A DNA stretch of 46,888 bases from Candidatus Woesearchaeota archaeon (GCA_016929855.1 JAFGHY010000092.1:1-46888), one strand, 5' to 3'; positions 16,335 through 26,427 are shown, counted from the first letter of the stretch. The notes: generated from the sequence alone by a model not told the origin. Program-made: numbers and translations.

Positions 16335-17027
16335 ATGGAAACTAAAGTGCCTACAGGAACTGAAGCAATGGACTGGTTGCTTGAAGGCGGGTACGAAAAT
16401 GATGTGATAACCTGCATCTACGGACCGCCAGGCAGCGGAAAAACTAACTTCTGTATGCTGTGCATGGCTAGAGGCGTGAAAGACGGAAAAATAATATACA
16501 TAGATACAGAAAACAGTTTTTCAGCAGCAAGATTCAAACAGATAGCACCAGACCACAAAGAAATTCTGAAAAATGCTATATTCCTCAGGCCAATAAATTT
16601 TGACGAGCAACACCAAGCATTCGAGAAACTCCAGAAAATCATCACCAACAAAGTAAGCCTCATAGTGCTTGACAGTGTAGCAATGCTATACCGTCTGGAA
16701 CTTGGGAAGACAAAAGACACTTTTTCAGTCAACCGAAAACTCGGCCTCCAACTTTCCATACTTGCAGAGATTGCACGACGAAACAAGATACCTATAATCA
16801 TGACCAATCAGGTATATAGTGATATCGACCACAAGGACTCTGACATGCTAAAGATGGTCGGCGGCGACATCCTCAAATACCAAAGCAAGTGCCTAATCGA
16901 ACTCAAGAGAGACAAGAACGGCGTTCGGGAAGCGATACTAAGAAAACATAGGTCCCTGCCTGACGGAAAAAGATTCTATTTTGATATAATAGAATCAGGA
17001 ATCGAAGAACATAAGAAAGAGGAATAA
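16335..17027 (+). CDS. radB: RadB-like RecA-family recombination/repair ATPase
   Basis: Walker A motif GPPGSGKTNFC and Walker B-like LIVLDSVAMLYRLE. About 230 aa with no N-terminal HhH domain, as in RadB. The ATG at 16335 is chosen over the upstream extension of the tracked ORF. Confidence 0.8.
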   Translation: METKVPTGTEAMDWLLEGGYENDVITCIYGPPGSGKTNFCMLCMARGVKDGKIIYIDTENSFSAARFKQIAPDHKEILKNAIFLRPINFDEQHQAFEKLQKIITNKVSLIVLDSVAMLYRLELGKTKDTFSVNRKLGLQLSILAEIARRNKIPIIMTNQVYSDIDHKDSDMLKMVGGDILKYQSKCLIELKRDKNGVREAILRKHRSLPDGKRFYFDIIESGIEEHKKEE

Positions 17028-17086
17028 GAAATAATCACAATAAAACAAAATAGTAAACCAAAAAAAGAAATTCGCAAATCTGACTC

Positions 17087-17692
17087 TTATTCTCCCATGA
17101 ACTCATCCAGACTGACTTCCAAGTCCTGGCCCTTGTTAAGCAAGCCACGCGCATACATGTAATGCTTTGTCAGCAGGTAAAACACAACCCCTAAGCTCTT
17201 CTTTCCCTTATTGTTGCAAGGCAATACCAAATCGATGTTGTTAGGCTGGTTGTTAGTGTCACACAATGCAACAACAGGAACACCTACCTTCAATGCATCA
17301 TCAACTGCATTCCTGTCAGGCCAGGCATCAGTTACCACCAAAACCTTGGCTTCCCTGTAACTCTTAAGATTAGGATTTGTGAGAATGCCTGGAGGGTACC
17401 TGCCGATTAAGACCTGGACGCCCGCAAGCTTTTCCATCAGACTGACTGCATGCCAGCCGTTCTCGCGCCTGCTCACAATAAGAATGTCTTCTGGAGCATA
17501 GTTCGCAAGGAACTTTGCCGCAATACCTATCCTCTCATCAATCTTCTGGATGTTAAGTATTGACAATCCATCAGATCGTGTCTTGTATATGAAATTGGAC
17601 ATGTATTTTGTCCTGAATTTTGTACCAATATGAACCCCGCTTTTAAGGTAATCCTCATTAGTCACCAACATATCTTCTGTCATTTTCATCAT
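17087..17692 (-). CDS. rps2: 30S ribosomal protein S2 (uS2)
   Basis: Motifs YLKSGVHIGTKFRTKYMSNFIYKTRSDGLSILNIQKIDERI and VLVVTDAWPDRNAVDDA. The tracked ORF opens at a TTG at 17752; the first ATG is at 17692. Confidence 0.85.
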   Translation of the reverse strand: MMKMTEDMLVTNEDYLKSGVHIGTKFRTKYMSNFIYKTRSDGLSILNIQKIDERIGIAAKFLANYAPEDILIVSRRENGWHAVSLMEKLAGVQVLIGRYPPGILTNPNLKSYREAKVLVVTDAWPDRNAVDDALKVGVPVVALCDTNNQPNNIDLVLPCNNKGKKSLGVVFYLLTKHYMYARGLLNKGQDLEVSLDEFMGE

Positions 17693-17810
17693 CTCGTGAG
17701 AAGAAATCTTAATCTGATTTCCGCCCAAATTTTCACCCTGGACGCCGTCCAAGAACGGTCTCCGGCCAGTCTACGACCAGAATAGGGTAATAACTGTGGA
17801 AAAGACAAAC

Positions 17811-17825
17811 CATTTATAAATATAT
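17811..17825 (+). promoter_or_regulatory. TATA-like box for the hydrolase gene
   Basis: catttataaatatat, centred about 27 nt upstream of the ATG at 17845. Confidence 0.4.
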
Positions 17826-17844
17826 CTCCAATAGACCCTAAGCA

Positions 17845-18636
17845 ATGGACCTGAAAAAGGCATTGAATTATGGAATAATAATGCTTATATTCTTAGCATC
17901 AGCCCTGAATATCGGGTGTCAGGAAGCCAGCAATCAAAACAACAGCGTAGGAATAAATGGTACAAATGACACCAATGTCAAGACCGAAGGAGGTGACATC
18001 ATGTCTCAAGCAATCAAACTGCATACCGAAGACGGATTTGAACTGCAGGCAAAATACTACCCAAGTGCCGGCGGACCTGCAGTTATATGCCTGCATCAAC
18101 TGAACCTCAACAAAGAAACATTTGACGACCTTGCCAAAGACCTAAACAAAGAAGGCTTTGCAATCCTCTCTATTGACCTAAGAGGCCATGGTAACAGCCT
18201 GATGCAAAACGGAGATAAGCGAGACTGGCAACACTTCACAAACACTGACTTCCAAAACATGGAATTCGATGTCCTAGCAGGTGTTGAATGGCTCAAGACA
18301 CAAGATACACAAAAAGGCAACATAACAGTAATTGGAGCTAGCATTGGAGCCAACACAGCATACAACTTTGTCTCAAAACACGAAGAGACAGCATCAGCGG
18401 TGCTTTTGAGTCCGGGACTGCTTTACAAGGGAATCGATACTGAAAAAACGATATGGCCCGGAAACAAAAGTCTATTGACTGTGGTCTCCAGTGGTGACTC
18501 TTATGCATACCATTCTGCAAGGGAATTAAACCAGAAGACAGGCAAAGAACTCTTTGTTCTTGAAGGGAATAAGCACGGGACTTACATGCTGGACAAGAGT
18601 GTTAGGCAAAAGATTATTGACTTCCTAACTTCCTAG
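17845..18636 (+). CDS. secreted or lipid-anchored alpha/beta-fold hydrolase
   Basis: N-terminal signal with a lipobox-like LNIGC. Motifs HQLNLNKETFDDL...LRGHGNS and the nucleophile elbow GASIG. Confidence 0.7.
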   Translation: MDLKKALNYGIIMLIFLASALNIGCQEASNQNNSVGINGTNDTNVKTEGGDIMSQAIKLHTEDGFELQAKYYPSAGGPAVICLHQLNLNKETFDDLAKDLNKEGFAILSIDLRGHGNSLMQNGDKRDWQHFTNTDFQNMEFDVLAGVEWLKTQDTQKGNITVIGASIGANTAYNFVSKHEETASAVLLSPGLLYKGIDTEKTIWPGNKSLLTVVSSGDSYAYHSARELNQKTGKELFVLEGNKHGTYMLDKSVRQKIIDFLTS

Positions 18637-19189
18637 ACCAAAGCTTGGAATAAACAGGAGCGCTAGGTGTCAATTGACTGCGAAAAAAAACTATCTCCCT
18701 CAGCCTGAACAGTGAATCCTCCAACAAGAAATCACTGAATTTAATCTCATTTATTGACTTGAGTGCGTTCTGCTCAAGATTCTTCATCCTTGCCAAAGTG
18801 AGATGAATCAAACCGTCCTTCTTTTGTTTTCTCAAAGTTTTCGCCAGCTCATGATTCCTTTCCAGTACCTGAAGGATTTGTTTCAAGGAGATAAAATATT
18901 CTGGATTATACTGGAATTTAAGCGCAAACACTCTCGGCATTCTCGAGTCAGGCAGAACAACAAAATCATCAGCAATCAGGTCAATTGACTTGAAAGAAAG
19001 CTCATCCAATCCTGCAATAATATCCTTGGTTGATGACTCAGAAATTTCTCCCAGAAAACTTGCTGTAATGTGAACCTGCTCTTTACTTATAATCTTGACA
19101 TTACGGAACTGCGACAATTTATCCTGGAATAAGATTACCTTTTCTAGGTCTTCATCAAGAATCCTGTAAGCAATAAAGCATCTCATCAA
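18614..19189 (-). CDS. 2H phosphoesterase (2'-5' RNA ligase LigT/ThpR family)
   Basis: Two H-x-T/S-x motifs (VHITASFLG and IHLTLARM) at the expected spacing in a 191-aa protein. Confidence 0.7.
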   Translation of the reverse strand: MMRCFIAYRILDEDLEKVILFQDKLSQFRNVKIISKEQVHITASFLGEISESSTKDIIAGLDELSFKSIDLIADDFVVLPDSRMPRVFALKFQYNPEYFISLKQILQVLERNHELAKTLRKQKKDGLIHLTLARMKNLEQNALKSINEIKFSDFLLEDSLFRLREIVFFRSQLTPSAPVYSKLWSRKLGSQ

Positions 19190-19229
19190 GCATCCACACT
19201 TAAAAAAAAATAAAAAAAATACAATTGTA

Positions 19230-19796
19230 TCACTTTTTCTTCAATACAGGCTTTTTTTCTTCAGACTCTTCATCAGATTCGGGCTCTTTATCAACTTCAG
19301 GCTCGTCGTCTGATTCAGGTTCTTCAGAGTCATCTTTAACCTTTTCTTCAGAATCATCCTTCGACTCTTCGTCTTCAAGCTCCTGATCAGCCTCAGGCTC
19401 ATCCTTCACATCCTGCTCTTCCAAAGACTTGTCAGCACCCTCTTCTGTGTCATCACCAAAGTCCTCTGTACCCTCATCCTCAAGGTTAATATCCTGGTAC
19501 TTGTCCTTTTCCTGGGCTGACTCTTTCTGAGCAGAAGGTCTTGCAGAAATTGCTGGTTCAGCCTTAACTGGTGCTGTCGCTTCGCCTATAGACTCTGCAA
19601 ACGCCACTTTCTTCAAGACTCTGGTAACTTTTATTCTCACTTCGTCGCCTTCCTTAACATTCGGGACAAAGATTACAAAGCCTTGCTTCTTTGCAATGCC
19701 ATCGCCTTTCTCACCAACAGCTTCTATTTTTACATCCAACTCTTCGCCCTCTCTTACAGGGGCTATTCTATTGAACCTATTATTTCCAAATGCCAT
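19230..19796 (-). CDS. TRAM-domain protein with a long acidic C-terminal tail
   Basis: The TRAM/OB-like core is VREGEELDVKIEAVGEKGDGIAKKQGFVIFVPNVKEGDEVRIKVTRVLKKVAFAE. About 110 aa of E/D-rich low complexity follow. ATG at 19796 (the tracked ORF opens at a GTG at 19808). Confidence 0.7.
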   Translation of the reverse strand: MAFGNNRFNRIAPVREGEELDVKIEAVGEKGDGIAKKQGFVIFVPNVKEGDEVRIKVTRVLKKVAFAESIGEATAPVKAEPAISARPSAQKESAQEKDKYQDINLEDEGTEDFGDDTEEGADKSLEEQDVKDEPEADQELEDEESKDDSEEKVKDDSEEPESDDEPEVDKEPESDEESEEKKPVLKKK

Positions 19797-20051
19797 ATTC
19801 AATTTCACCTATGCATCCGGCTTGACTGGCTTATGTAGTGCTAGTTTCATTGCCGACTTTAAAATAGTAGACTGCAAGATTGTTTAAAAACTTTTTGGAC
19901 CTGAGCTGAAAAACACTGCAAAACCGGAAAACCTTTATACAAGGTCTGCAACTCGAGAATTCAATGTCACTCTTGTGCGAATAGCTGGAAGTTTTAACTA
20001 CTGCCCCAATACCAAGAGCAATAACTATCCAATGTTAGTAAAAAATAGTAA

Positions 20052-20065
20052 CATATTTATAGTAG
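20052..20065 (+). promoter_or_regulatory. TATA-like box for the TrmB-family gene
   Basis: catatttatagtag lies about 60 nt upstream of the ATG at 20120. The Shine-Dalgarno motif GGGAGGT is at 20112-20118. Confidence 0.35.
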
Positions 20066-20119
20066 TTATACAAACTTCCTTTTCAGAAGGGGTGATATTT
20101 AATCCCACTTTGGGAGGTA

Positions 20120-20917
20120 ATGAGAATGATTGTGAAAGAGGAATTTCTAAGCAAGTTAAGACGCTATTTCTCTTTGAATTTATACGAAGTAAAGATTTGG
20201 ACTGCCTTGCTCAGTAGGGGTGTAAGCACGGCAGGAGAGCTTTCTGATATTGCAAATGTACCCCGAAGCAGGTCATATGACATACTTGAAAGCCTTGAGA
20301 AAAAAGGGTTTGTTGTGATGAAATTAGGCAAGCCAATACAGTACCTGGCAGTGCCACCACAGGAAGTTGTTGAGAGAGTGAAGAAAAACGTTAAGATTAA
20401 AGCAGAGTCAAACGTCAAGAGACTTGAGGATCTCAAGAACACTGATGTGATCAACGAACTGAATAACTTGCACAATCAAGGAATTGAATTGGTAGAGCCG
20501 TCAGAACTTACAGGCAGCATAAAAGGCCGCCATAACGTATACAATCATCTTGAGTTCATGATCCGGAATGCTGAGAAGAACGTATCAATAATGACCACCA
20601 GCAAAGGCCTGATGAGAAAGGTAGAGGGACTCAAACCAGTGTTTGAAGAGATTGCCAAAAAAGGTGTCAAGATAAAAATCGCAGCACCTTTGAATGCAGA
20701 GACAACACAATTTGAACAGAGTCTAAAAGGCATTGCAGAAGTCAAGCACACTGAAGTTAAATCAAGATTTTGTGTTGTTGACGGCAAACAGCTGGCATTC
20801 ATGATAATGGATGATGCTGACGTCCACCCGACATACGATCTTGCAGTGTGGCTACACACACCTTTCCTGGCAAGCAGTATGCAAACGATGTTTGACAATG
20901 CCTGGAAAGGAAAATAA
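20120..20917 (+). CDS. TrmB-family transcriptional regulator
   Basis: The N-terminal wHTH (LNLYEVKIWTALLSRGVSTAGELSDIANVPRSRSYDILESLEKKGFV) is followed by a coiled segment and a C-terminal effector-type domain. Confidence 0.8.
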   Translation: MRMIVKEEFLSKLRRYFSLNLYEVKIWTALLSRGVSTAGELSDIANVPRSRSYDILESLEKKGFVVMKLGKPIQYLAVPPQEVVERVKKNVKIKAESNVKRLEDLKNTDVINELNNLHNQGIELVEPSELTGSIKGRHNVYNHLEFMIRNAEKNVSIMTTSKGLMRKVEGLKPVFEEIAKKGVKIKIAAPLNAETTQFEQSLKGIAEVKHTEVKSRFCVVDGKQLAFMIMDDADVHPTYDLAVWLHTPFLASSMQTMFDNAWKGK

Positions 20918-20923
20918 GTCTCA

Positions 20924-20952
20924 TTTTTTTCTTTGTTTTGATTTTTCTTTTC
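20924..20952 (+). terminator. T-rich terminator region after the TrmB-family gene
   Basis: tttttttctttgttttgatttttcttttc begins 7 nt after the stop codon. Confidence 0.45.
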
Positions 20953-20976
20953 TAAACATTTAAAAAATACTAATTA

Positions 20977-20990
20977 AACCTATATAAGAA
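20977..20990 (+). promoter_or_regulatory. TATA-like box for pheS-pheT
   Basis: aacctatataagaa, centred about 27 nt upstream of the ATG at 21011. Confidence 0.4.
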
Positions 20991-21010
20991 GGACTCGCAA
21001 GTGATTTCCA

Positions 21011-22543
21011 ATGGAAAAACAACAGGACATCAAAAACATCATCAAAAAACTTCATCCTCTTGAAAGGAGAGTACTCCCTGCACTAGCTGACTGCAATACA
21101 GAAACCCTTCTTGAAAAAACTACAAGCCTTAAGCAGGTGGAGGTTGTCCGTGCACTGCAGTGGCTATACAACAAGCGCATGGTGAACCTCAGCGAAAAAA
21201 TCACAGAACTCGTGGAACTGGACTCCAATGGAATTGAGTTCCTGAAAACAGGCCTGCCTGAAAAGAGGTTTCTTCAAGCCTTAAGCACAGAAAAAAAGAC
21301 ATTTTCACAACTTCTGAAAGTGCTGTCAAAAGAAGAAATAAACATGGCAATAGGATTGCTGAAGAGCAAAGCCGCAATAACAGTGAGAAAAGAGGAAGAA
21401 CTAGTATTCTCGATAACAAACCAAGGCAAAAAAATATTGGAGAAAGGCTTCATGGAAGAGAGATTCCTGCAAAAGCTTCCTTTGAACAAGAACGAACTTG
21501 AGCCAGAAGATAAGTTCTGCTTCGACAACCTTCTGAAAAGAAAAAAGATAGTAAAGACAACAATACGAAAAGAGAAGATTGCCAAGCTCCTGCCTCTCGG
21601 AGAACAGATTATAAAGGTAGGAATAAGCTCAAGGCAGGTTATTGATAGGCTTACTCCTGAAATTATCAAGAAAGACCATTACAAGGGCAAGGAATTCAGG
21701 GCTTATGACGTAGAAATCAACGTGCCTAAAATCAAGGGAGGAAAGACACACCCTTATGCAGACTTCGTGTTCCAGGCAAGACAGAAGCTTGTCGAAATGG
21801 GCTTCACTGAAACCACCGGCCCAATTATAGAAACAGAATTCTTCAATTTTGATGCATTGTACCAGCCTCAGAATCATCCTGCAAGAAATTGGACAGACAC
21901 ATATGCCATCAAGCAACCAAAGTATGGACGACTTCCAGACAAAAAAACAGTTCAGGCAGTAAAGAACGCGCACGAGAATGGTGCAGGCACAGGAAGCACG
22001 GGCTGGAAGTACAAGTGGAGTGAGACTATCGCCAAACAGCTCATGCCACGCGCCCATGACACTGCAATAACTCCCAGAGAGCTTTCCAGAAAAGACCTGA
22101 AAATACCGGGCAGGTACTTCACAATAGTGAGGTGCTTCCGCCCTGATGTGATTGACGCAACCCATGCAGTCGAATTCAACCAGCTGGGAGGTTTTGTCGT
22201 TGGAGACAATCTGAATTTCGCCCAATTGCTAGGGCTTCTGAAGGATTTTGCACAGAACCTGACAGGAGCAAAAGAATTCAAGTACTTTCCAGACTACTTC
22301 CCATTCGTTGAGCCAGGAGTCCAGTTGAGTGCAAAACACCCTAAATTCGGGTGGATGGAACTCTGCGGTGCAGGCATAGGCCGTCCTGAGCTAAGCGAAC
22401 CTTTAGGGATAAAAGGACCTGTGCTCATGTGGGGCTTTGGCATAGACCGGCTGGCAATGCTCAAGCTCGGAATCAGCGACATTAGAGACCTGTTCCAGAC
22501 AAACATAAAGACATTAAGGGAAAGCAAGGCGGTGATGCTCTGA
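21011..22543 (+). CDS. pheS: phenylalanyl-tRNA synthetase alpha subunit (archaeal/eukaryotic type)
   Basis: N-terminal winged-helix repeats plus a class II core (FNFDALYQPQNHPARNWTDTY, RAHDTAITPR, FRPDVIDATHAVEFNQLGG, GFGIDRLAML). Confidence 0.92.
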   Translation: MEKQQDIKNIIKKLHPLERRVLPALADCNTETLLEKTTSLKQVEVVRALQWLYNKRMVNLSEKITELVELDSNGIEFLKTGLPEKRFLQALSTEKKTFSQLLKVLSKEEINMAIGLLKSKAAITVRKEEELVFSITNQGKKILEKGFMEERFLQKLPLNKNELEPEDKFCFDNLLKRKKIVKTTIRKEKIAKLLPLGEQIIKVGISSRQVIDRLTPEIIKKDHYKGKEFRAYDVEINVPKIKGGKTHPYADFVFQARQKLVEMGFTETTGPIIETEFFNFDALYQPQNHPARNWTDTYAIKQPKYGRLPDKKTVQAVKNAHENGAGTGSTGWKYKWSETIAKQLMPRAHDTAITPRELSRKDLKIPGRYFTIVRCFRPDVIDATHAVEFNQLGGFVVGDNLNFAQLLGLLKDFAQNLTGAKEFKYFPDYFPFVEPGVQLSAKHPKFGWMELCGAGIGRPELSEPLGIKGPVLMWGFGIDRLAMLKLGISDIRDLFQTNIKTLRESKAVML

Positions 22544-24207
22544 TGCCAACCATAGAATGCTCATTCAAAGACCTGAAAAAACTTATCGGCAAACCAATCA
22601 CATATACTGAACTCGAGAAAGAGCTGATACTATACGTCAAAGGGGAGATAGAAAGCAAGGAAAGAGACAATCTCAAGATAGAGGTGGCAGAGACCAACCG
22701 TCCAGATCTCTGGAGCACTGAAGGAATTGCCAGAGAAATAAAATGCAAGTTGGGATTGAAGTACAACAACTTATTGAAATGCAGGAAATCAGGGCTGACT
22801 GTAAAAGTGCATCCAAACCTCAAGAACATCCGTCCAAGAACAAGTTGCGCAGTAGTCAAGAATGTCAAACTCACTAATGAAATCCTTATACAGCTCATTC
22901 AATTGCAGGAGAAGATATGCAACACCTTTGGAGCAAAACGAGAGCAAGTTGCCATAGGCGTGTATGATTACAATAAAATCACAGGGCCTATAGAATACAA
23001 AGCTTATCCAAAAACACACAAGTTCATTCCATTGGAGTTCGACAAAGAACTTACACTAAGCCAAATACTTCAAAAACATCCTAAAGGCAGAGAGTATGGA
23101 AAGCTCCTCGAGAAGTTTGACAAGTATCCTTTGTTCATAGACAGTGTGGGACAAGTCCTTTCCATGCCACCTATAATTAATTCGAACCACACAGGAAAAG
23201 TAACGTTGAACACTAAGAACCTATTCATCGAGTGCAGCGGATTTGACGACAGGTATCTTGATGTTGCGCTGGACATAATGGTACTCGCACTACACGACAG
23301 AGGAGGTATTGTCGAAGGAGTCAATGTCGATTATGGTAAAGTGAAGAAAACAACGCCCTTCCTTGAAGAAAAGAGCATTTCACTAAATCTTGACAGGTTT
23401 GAGAAGATTAGCGGGTTGAGGATAAGCCAGGTAGAAGCGATGAAGCTTCTAAAAAAATCAAATTTCATTGCAAAGGCAAAAGGGAAAAACCTTGTCGACG
23501 TCAAATTCCAGAACTACAGGCAGGACATAATGCACCAGGTTGATATCATGGAAGACCTGCTGATCACATATGGCTACAACAACCTGCCTGTAGAGGAGCT
23601 TAACGTGCTGCCCACACCATACTTGAGGCCAGTGGAAAAATGGAGCAGAAAGATTGCTGGTCTGCTTGCAGGAACAGGCGGGATAGAAGTCATGAATTAC
23701 ATGCTCACGAACAAGGAAGACCTGCAGAAGAACGTCATGCATAACGGAATAGAACCAATAGAAATCAGCAATCCAGTAAGCAAGAACTGGAACATCTTCA
23801 GGACGTGGCTGATTCCAGGACTAATGCACTTCCTGTCAAAGAACATCAAACAAGAATACCCCCAGCGCATATTCGAAATAGGAGAAGTTGTACTCCCAGA
23901 TGCCAATACAGAAACAAAAACCTCCAATCCAGTCAGCCTAGCATTCCTAATAGCTAGTGCAGACGCTGACTTCACTACAGCAAAGCAGGCCATGCAGCAC
24001 GTGTTCGACTATATTGGCCTGAAGCAAAAGACAGTTGAGACAAAACATGACTCATTCATTCCTGGTAGAGTGGGTAGAATTACCTGCTCGGGCAAGACTC
24101 TTGGCTATGTGGGAGAGATCAACCCAGAAGTGTTGGCTAACTTCGGGATGGAACTGCCAGTTGTCGGATTTGAATTGAATCTGACAGAAATAGTTGAGAT
24201 GCTGTGA
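22543..24207 (+). CDS. pheT: phenylalanyl-tRNA synthetase beta subunit
   Basis: The start overlaps the pheS stop (TGATG). It has a B3/4-type N-terminus (ELEKELILYVKGEIE..LKIEVAETNRPDLWSTEGIAREI) and the archaeal length of 554 aa. Confidence 0.92.
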   Translation: MPTIECSFKDLKKLIGKPITYTELEKELILYVKGEIESKERDNLKIEVAETNRPDLWSTEGIAREIKCKLGLKYNNLLKCRKSGLTVKVHPNLKNIRPRTSCAVVKNVKLTNEILIQLIQLQEKICNTFGAKREQVAIGVYDYNKITGPIEYKAYPKTHKFIPLEFDKELTLSQILQKHPKGREYGKLLEKFDKYPLFIDSVGQVLSMPPIINSNHTGKVTLNTKNLFIECSGFDDRYLDVALDIMVLALHDRGGIVEGVNVDYGKVKKTTPFLEEKSISLNLDRFEKISGLRISQVEAMKLLKKSNFIAKAKGKNLVDVKFQNYRQDIMHQVDIMEDLLITYGYNNLPVEELNVLPTPYLRPVEKWSRKIAGLLAGTGGIEVMNYMLTNKEDLQKNVMHNGIEPIEISNPVSKNWNIFRTWLIPGLMHFLSKNIKQEYPQRIFEIGEVVLPDANTETKTSNPVSLAFLIASADADFTTAKQAMQHVFDYIGLKQKTVETKHDSFIPGRVGRITCSGKTLGYVGEINPEVLANFGMELPVVGFELNLTEIVEML

Positions 24208-24265
24208 TAGAAAAATCAGAATATTTCAACAACACGGATATTAAACAAACATCAAATTATCTGGT

Positions 24266-24712
24266 TCACGTGCGTCTCTTCCTAGCTGATTTTTGTCCTA
24301 ACTTGGCTGCTCTGGCAAGCCAAGCAATGACTGACAAGTTCTTGACAGCCTTCCTGAACATCATCTCATAAGCCCAGTCCAAAATAAGATGCAGTAGCAA
24401 CCCCAGAAACATCATGAGAAACAAAGTGTTCAGAAACGAAAGAACTCCCAAGAGCAACAAAAATTCTATGGTATGAAACACAAAAATGTTCTTCTTCAAG
24501 TCCTTCTTAGTATGCTCGTGCATGAAATAATGACGCATCTTCTTAAATGAGATGCCCTTGCTCCTGAGTCTCTTCTTCGAAGCATACACTAATGTATGAT
24601 CGACGTCAAAAAGTACACCACCAACAAGCACGAACAAAGAAATAACTCCAAAAAAAGGAAACAACAATGCAATCAACACAAATGATGTCATCAAATGCTC
24701 CAGACCGTCCAT
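24266..24712 (-). CDS. small membrane protein, possibly a YdjM/DUF457-like metal-dependent hydrolase
   Basis: 148 aa with 3-4 TM helices. Conserved-looking H near the N-terminus (LEHLMTSF) and a DVDH motif. Basic C-terminal tail. Confidence 0.4.
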   Translation of the reverse strand: MDGLEHLMTSFVLIALLFPFFGVISLFVLVGGVLFDVDHTLVYASKKRLRSKGISFKKMRHYFMHEHTKKDLKKNIFVFHTIEFLLLLGVLSFLNTLFLMMFLGLLLHLILDWAYEMMFRKAVKNLSVIAWLARAAKLGQKSARKRRT

Positions 24713-24742
24713 GACATCACCAACAAGTATCAGCCAACAATC

Positions 24743-25150
24743 TTAGGCTTTGCTTTCTGCAGCGGTTTTAGCTGCCTTATCAGCTGGCTTAACAATCTGC
24801 TTAACTTCTTTTTTGACTTCAGTAGCTTTTGCAGGCTGTTTAGCAGGCTTTGCTTTCTTGACTTTCTGATGCTTAGGCCTTTCACCAGTCTTCTTAGGCT
24901 TCGTGTCTTTCAACTCAATACCAAACTCTTTCTTGAACAATACCTTAATGTCATTCCTTGAAGCCTTAATGCCAAGCTTGAAGACCTTGTCAAGAGGCTC
25001 GAGGTGAGCAATATTTACTTTGCGTCTTCGGGTCTCGCCGTCAATAACAACATGTTTTGCATCAACCGCTTCAACAACAACACAACGTCTGTCCGAATCA
25101 CGACCTGCGGTCTTAATGCACAATCTTCCAACACTAAAAGTTTCAACCAT
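24743..25150 (-). CDS. rpl14e: 50S ribosomal protein L14e (eL14) with a Lys/Ala-rich tail
   Basis: KOW core VGRLCIKTAGRDSDRRCVVVEAVDAKHVVIDGETRRRKVNIAHLEPL. The ATG at 25150 is preceded by GGAGGA 7-8 nt upstream; the tracked ORF extends to 25249. Confidence 0.8.
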   Translation of the reverse strand: MVETFSVGRLCIKTAGRDSDRRCVVVEAVDAKHVVIDGETRRRKVNIAHLEPLDKVFKLGIKASRNDIKVLFKKEFGIELKDTKPKKTGERPKHQKVKKAKPAKQPAKATEVKKEVKQIVKPADKAAKTAAESKA

Positions 25151-25259
25151 CTTAATATCCTCCATCCCATCAGAATCGTGCTCTGCCGCCAGACACACAG
25201 GGATAACACCAAATTCAAACATCAGCTTCAGACTATCCAGACTCACCAACAGGAACTAA

Positions 25260-25523
25260 CTACCTGTTTTCCTGAACAATCTTTTTCCTCGAACACCTTG
25301 AGCAAAGATTGCCGCCGAACGGACGCTGAGGCCTCCTCTGAGTCTTAGGCATCTTAGCAATCTGTGCAGGCTTGCCTCTAGGAACACCTACCAGCTTCTG
25401 ACCACAGGAACTGCACTTAGCCTGCGAAGGCTTTCTTGCCTTGTAGGTAAGCTTAGTAGCCCCTCCAGGGACCTTAACAAACACTCTTCTCTTGCTCCTT
25501 GATTTCTGATTACCTGCAGGCAT
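25260..25523 (-). CDS. rpl34e: 50S ribosomal protein L34e (eL34)
   Basis: Four-Cys zinc ribbon (CSSCGQ...CSRC) in a basic 87-aa protein, with the typical N-terminus SRSKRRVFVKVPGG. Confidence 0.88.
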   Translation of the reverse strand: MPAGNQKSRSKRRVFVKVPGGATKLTYKARKPSQAKCSSCGQKLVGVPRGKPAQIAKMPKTQRRPQRPFGGNLCSRCSRKKIVQENR

Positions 25524-25626
25524 TCTAACCTCAATTTATAGTCTAAACCAGCACGCATATACTCCATATACGGTTTGAATCGCTGTAAACTCACGGAAAT
25601 TAGCTTCCTTTTTAAAGCTTTGCGCC

Positions 25627-26394
25627 CTAAACAAGCTTCAAAGCCTTCCTGAGCAGAGTACTCAATACAATCGAGAAAATGATGTACGTGCCCAGCCATC
25701 CAGGATGCCAGCCGAACAGACTGAAGCCATCAAGAGGCCTTATAGGCTTGTTGCCAACAAGAATATGGGTGAAAGGCTTGTCCTTCACAATAATCTTAGG
25801 GTTCTCGTACCTGCGCTCTTCTGTAACTATTATAGGGAATGAATGAGACACTCCTTCAAACTCTATAGACAATTGGTTCGGACCAGTGTTTTCCTGCTTG
25901 AGAATCCAATTCAAAGAATTCTCTTCAATGGTCAACTCCTGACTGGCAGGAGTCTCAAAAACAATATCTTCAACAGCACCCAACGTCACATTGCCCTTCA
26001 AGTACTTCTCAAAATACACTGTAACCTCAAAAGGCTCGCCAGGACTCAACTGCTCGTAAGCCATGTGGCTGTTCAACCAACCAAAAATAAGAATGATAGG
26101 AAGGATAGTATAAAGCGTGCTCTTGAAACTGTTCTTCATGAAGTCCATATTAAGCTTCATGGCGCGCTGCTGCAACTCCATGGCTTTTTTGGGATTTGCC
26201 TTCTGCTCCTTGATCTGCCTCTGGATCTTCTTCAGCTCTTCTTTCAGGCCCTTCATCTTCTTTTGGTCCGTAGTATACTTGTAAACAAAAGTAATTATGA
26301 CCGTGATTACCAAGCTAATAAGGAATATCGCCAGAAAAGAATTCATGTCTAACAATGGAGAAAGTACAGGGTCAAGGAAATCGCTGAATGCCAT
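25627..26394 (-). CDS. DUF106/EMC3-type membrane insertase (archaeal YidC/Oxa1-like) with an extended C-terminal domain
   Basis: TM1 is followed by an amphipathic K/E coiled hairpin (KKMKGLKEELKKIQRQIKEQKANPKKAMELQQRAMKLNMDFMKNSF) and TM2. The gene occupies the conserved slot downstream of secY. ATG at 26394 (the tracked ORF opens at a TTG at 26409). Confidence 0.7.
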   Translation of the reverse strand: MAFSDFLDPVLSPLLDMNSFLAIFLISLVITVIITFVYKYTTDQKKMKGLKEELKKIQRQIKEQKANPKKAMELQQRAMKLNMDFMKNSFKSTLYTILPIILIFGWLNSHMAYEQLSPGEPFEVTVYFEKYLKGNVTLGAVEDIVFETPASQELTIEENSLNWILKQENTGPNQLSIEFEGVSHSFPIIVTEERRYENPKIIVKDKPFTHILVGNKPIRPLDGFSLFGWHPGWLGTYIIFSIVLSTLLRKALKLV

Positions 26395-26417
26395 AAAAAA
26401 TTGTGACAACCCATTGG

Positions 26418-26427
26418 TTTATAAAGG
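26418..26427 (-). promoter_or_regulatory. TATA-like box for the DUF106 insertase gene
   Basis: The plus strand reads tttataaagg, i.e. CCTTTATAAA on the minus strand. Its centre is about 28 nt upstream of the ATG at 26394. Confidence 0.4.

Noticed and set aside
19975-20217. 80-aa plus-strand ORF (GTG start) overlapping the TrmB-family gene start.
   Set aside because: It runs through the TATA box and Shine-Dalgarno motif of the TrmB-family gene. It has no recognisable features and is in a different frame from the supported CDS.
25843-26352. 169-aa plus-strand ORF inside the DUF106 insertase gene. Similar long antisense ORFs occur in pheS (21629-22225), rpl2 (38085-38435) and rpl4 (39153-39515).
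   Set aside because: All lie antisense to strongly supported conserved genes and have no independent start signals.
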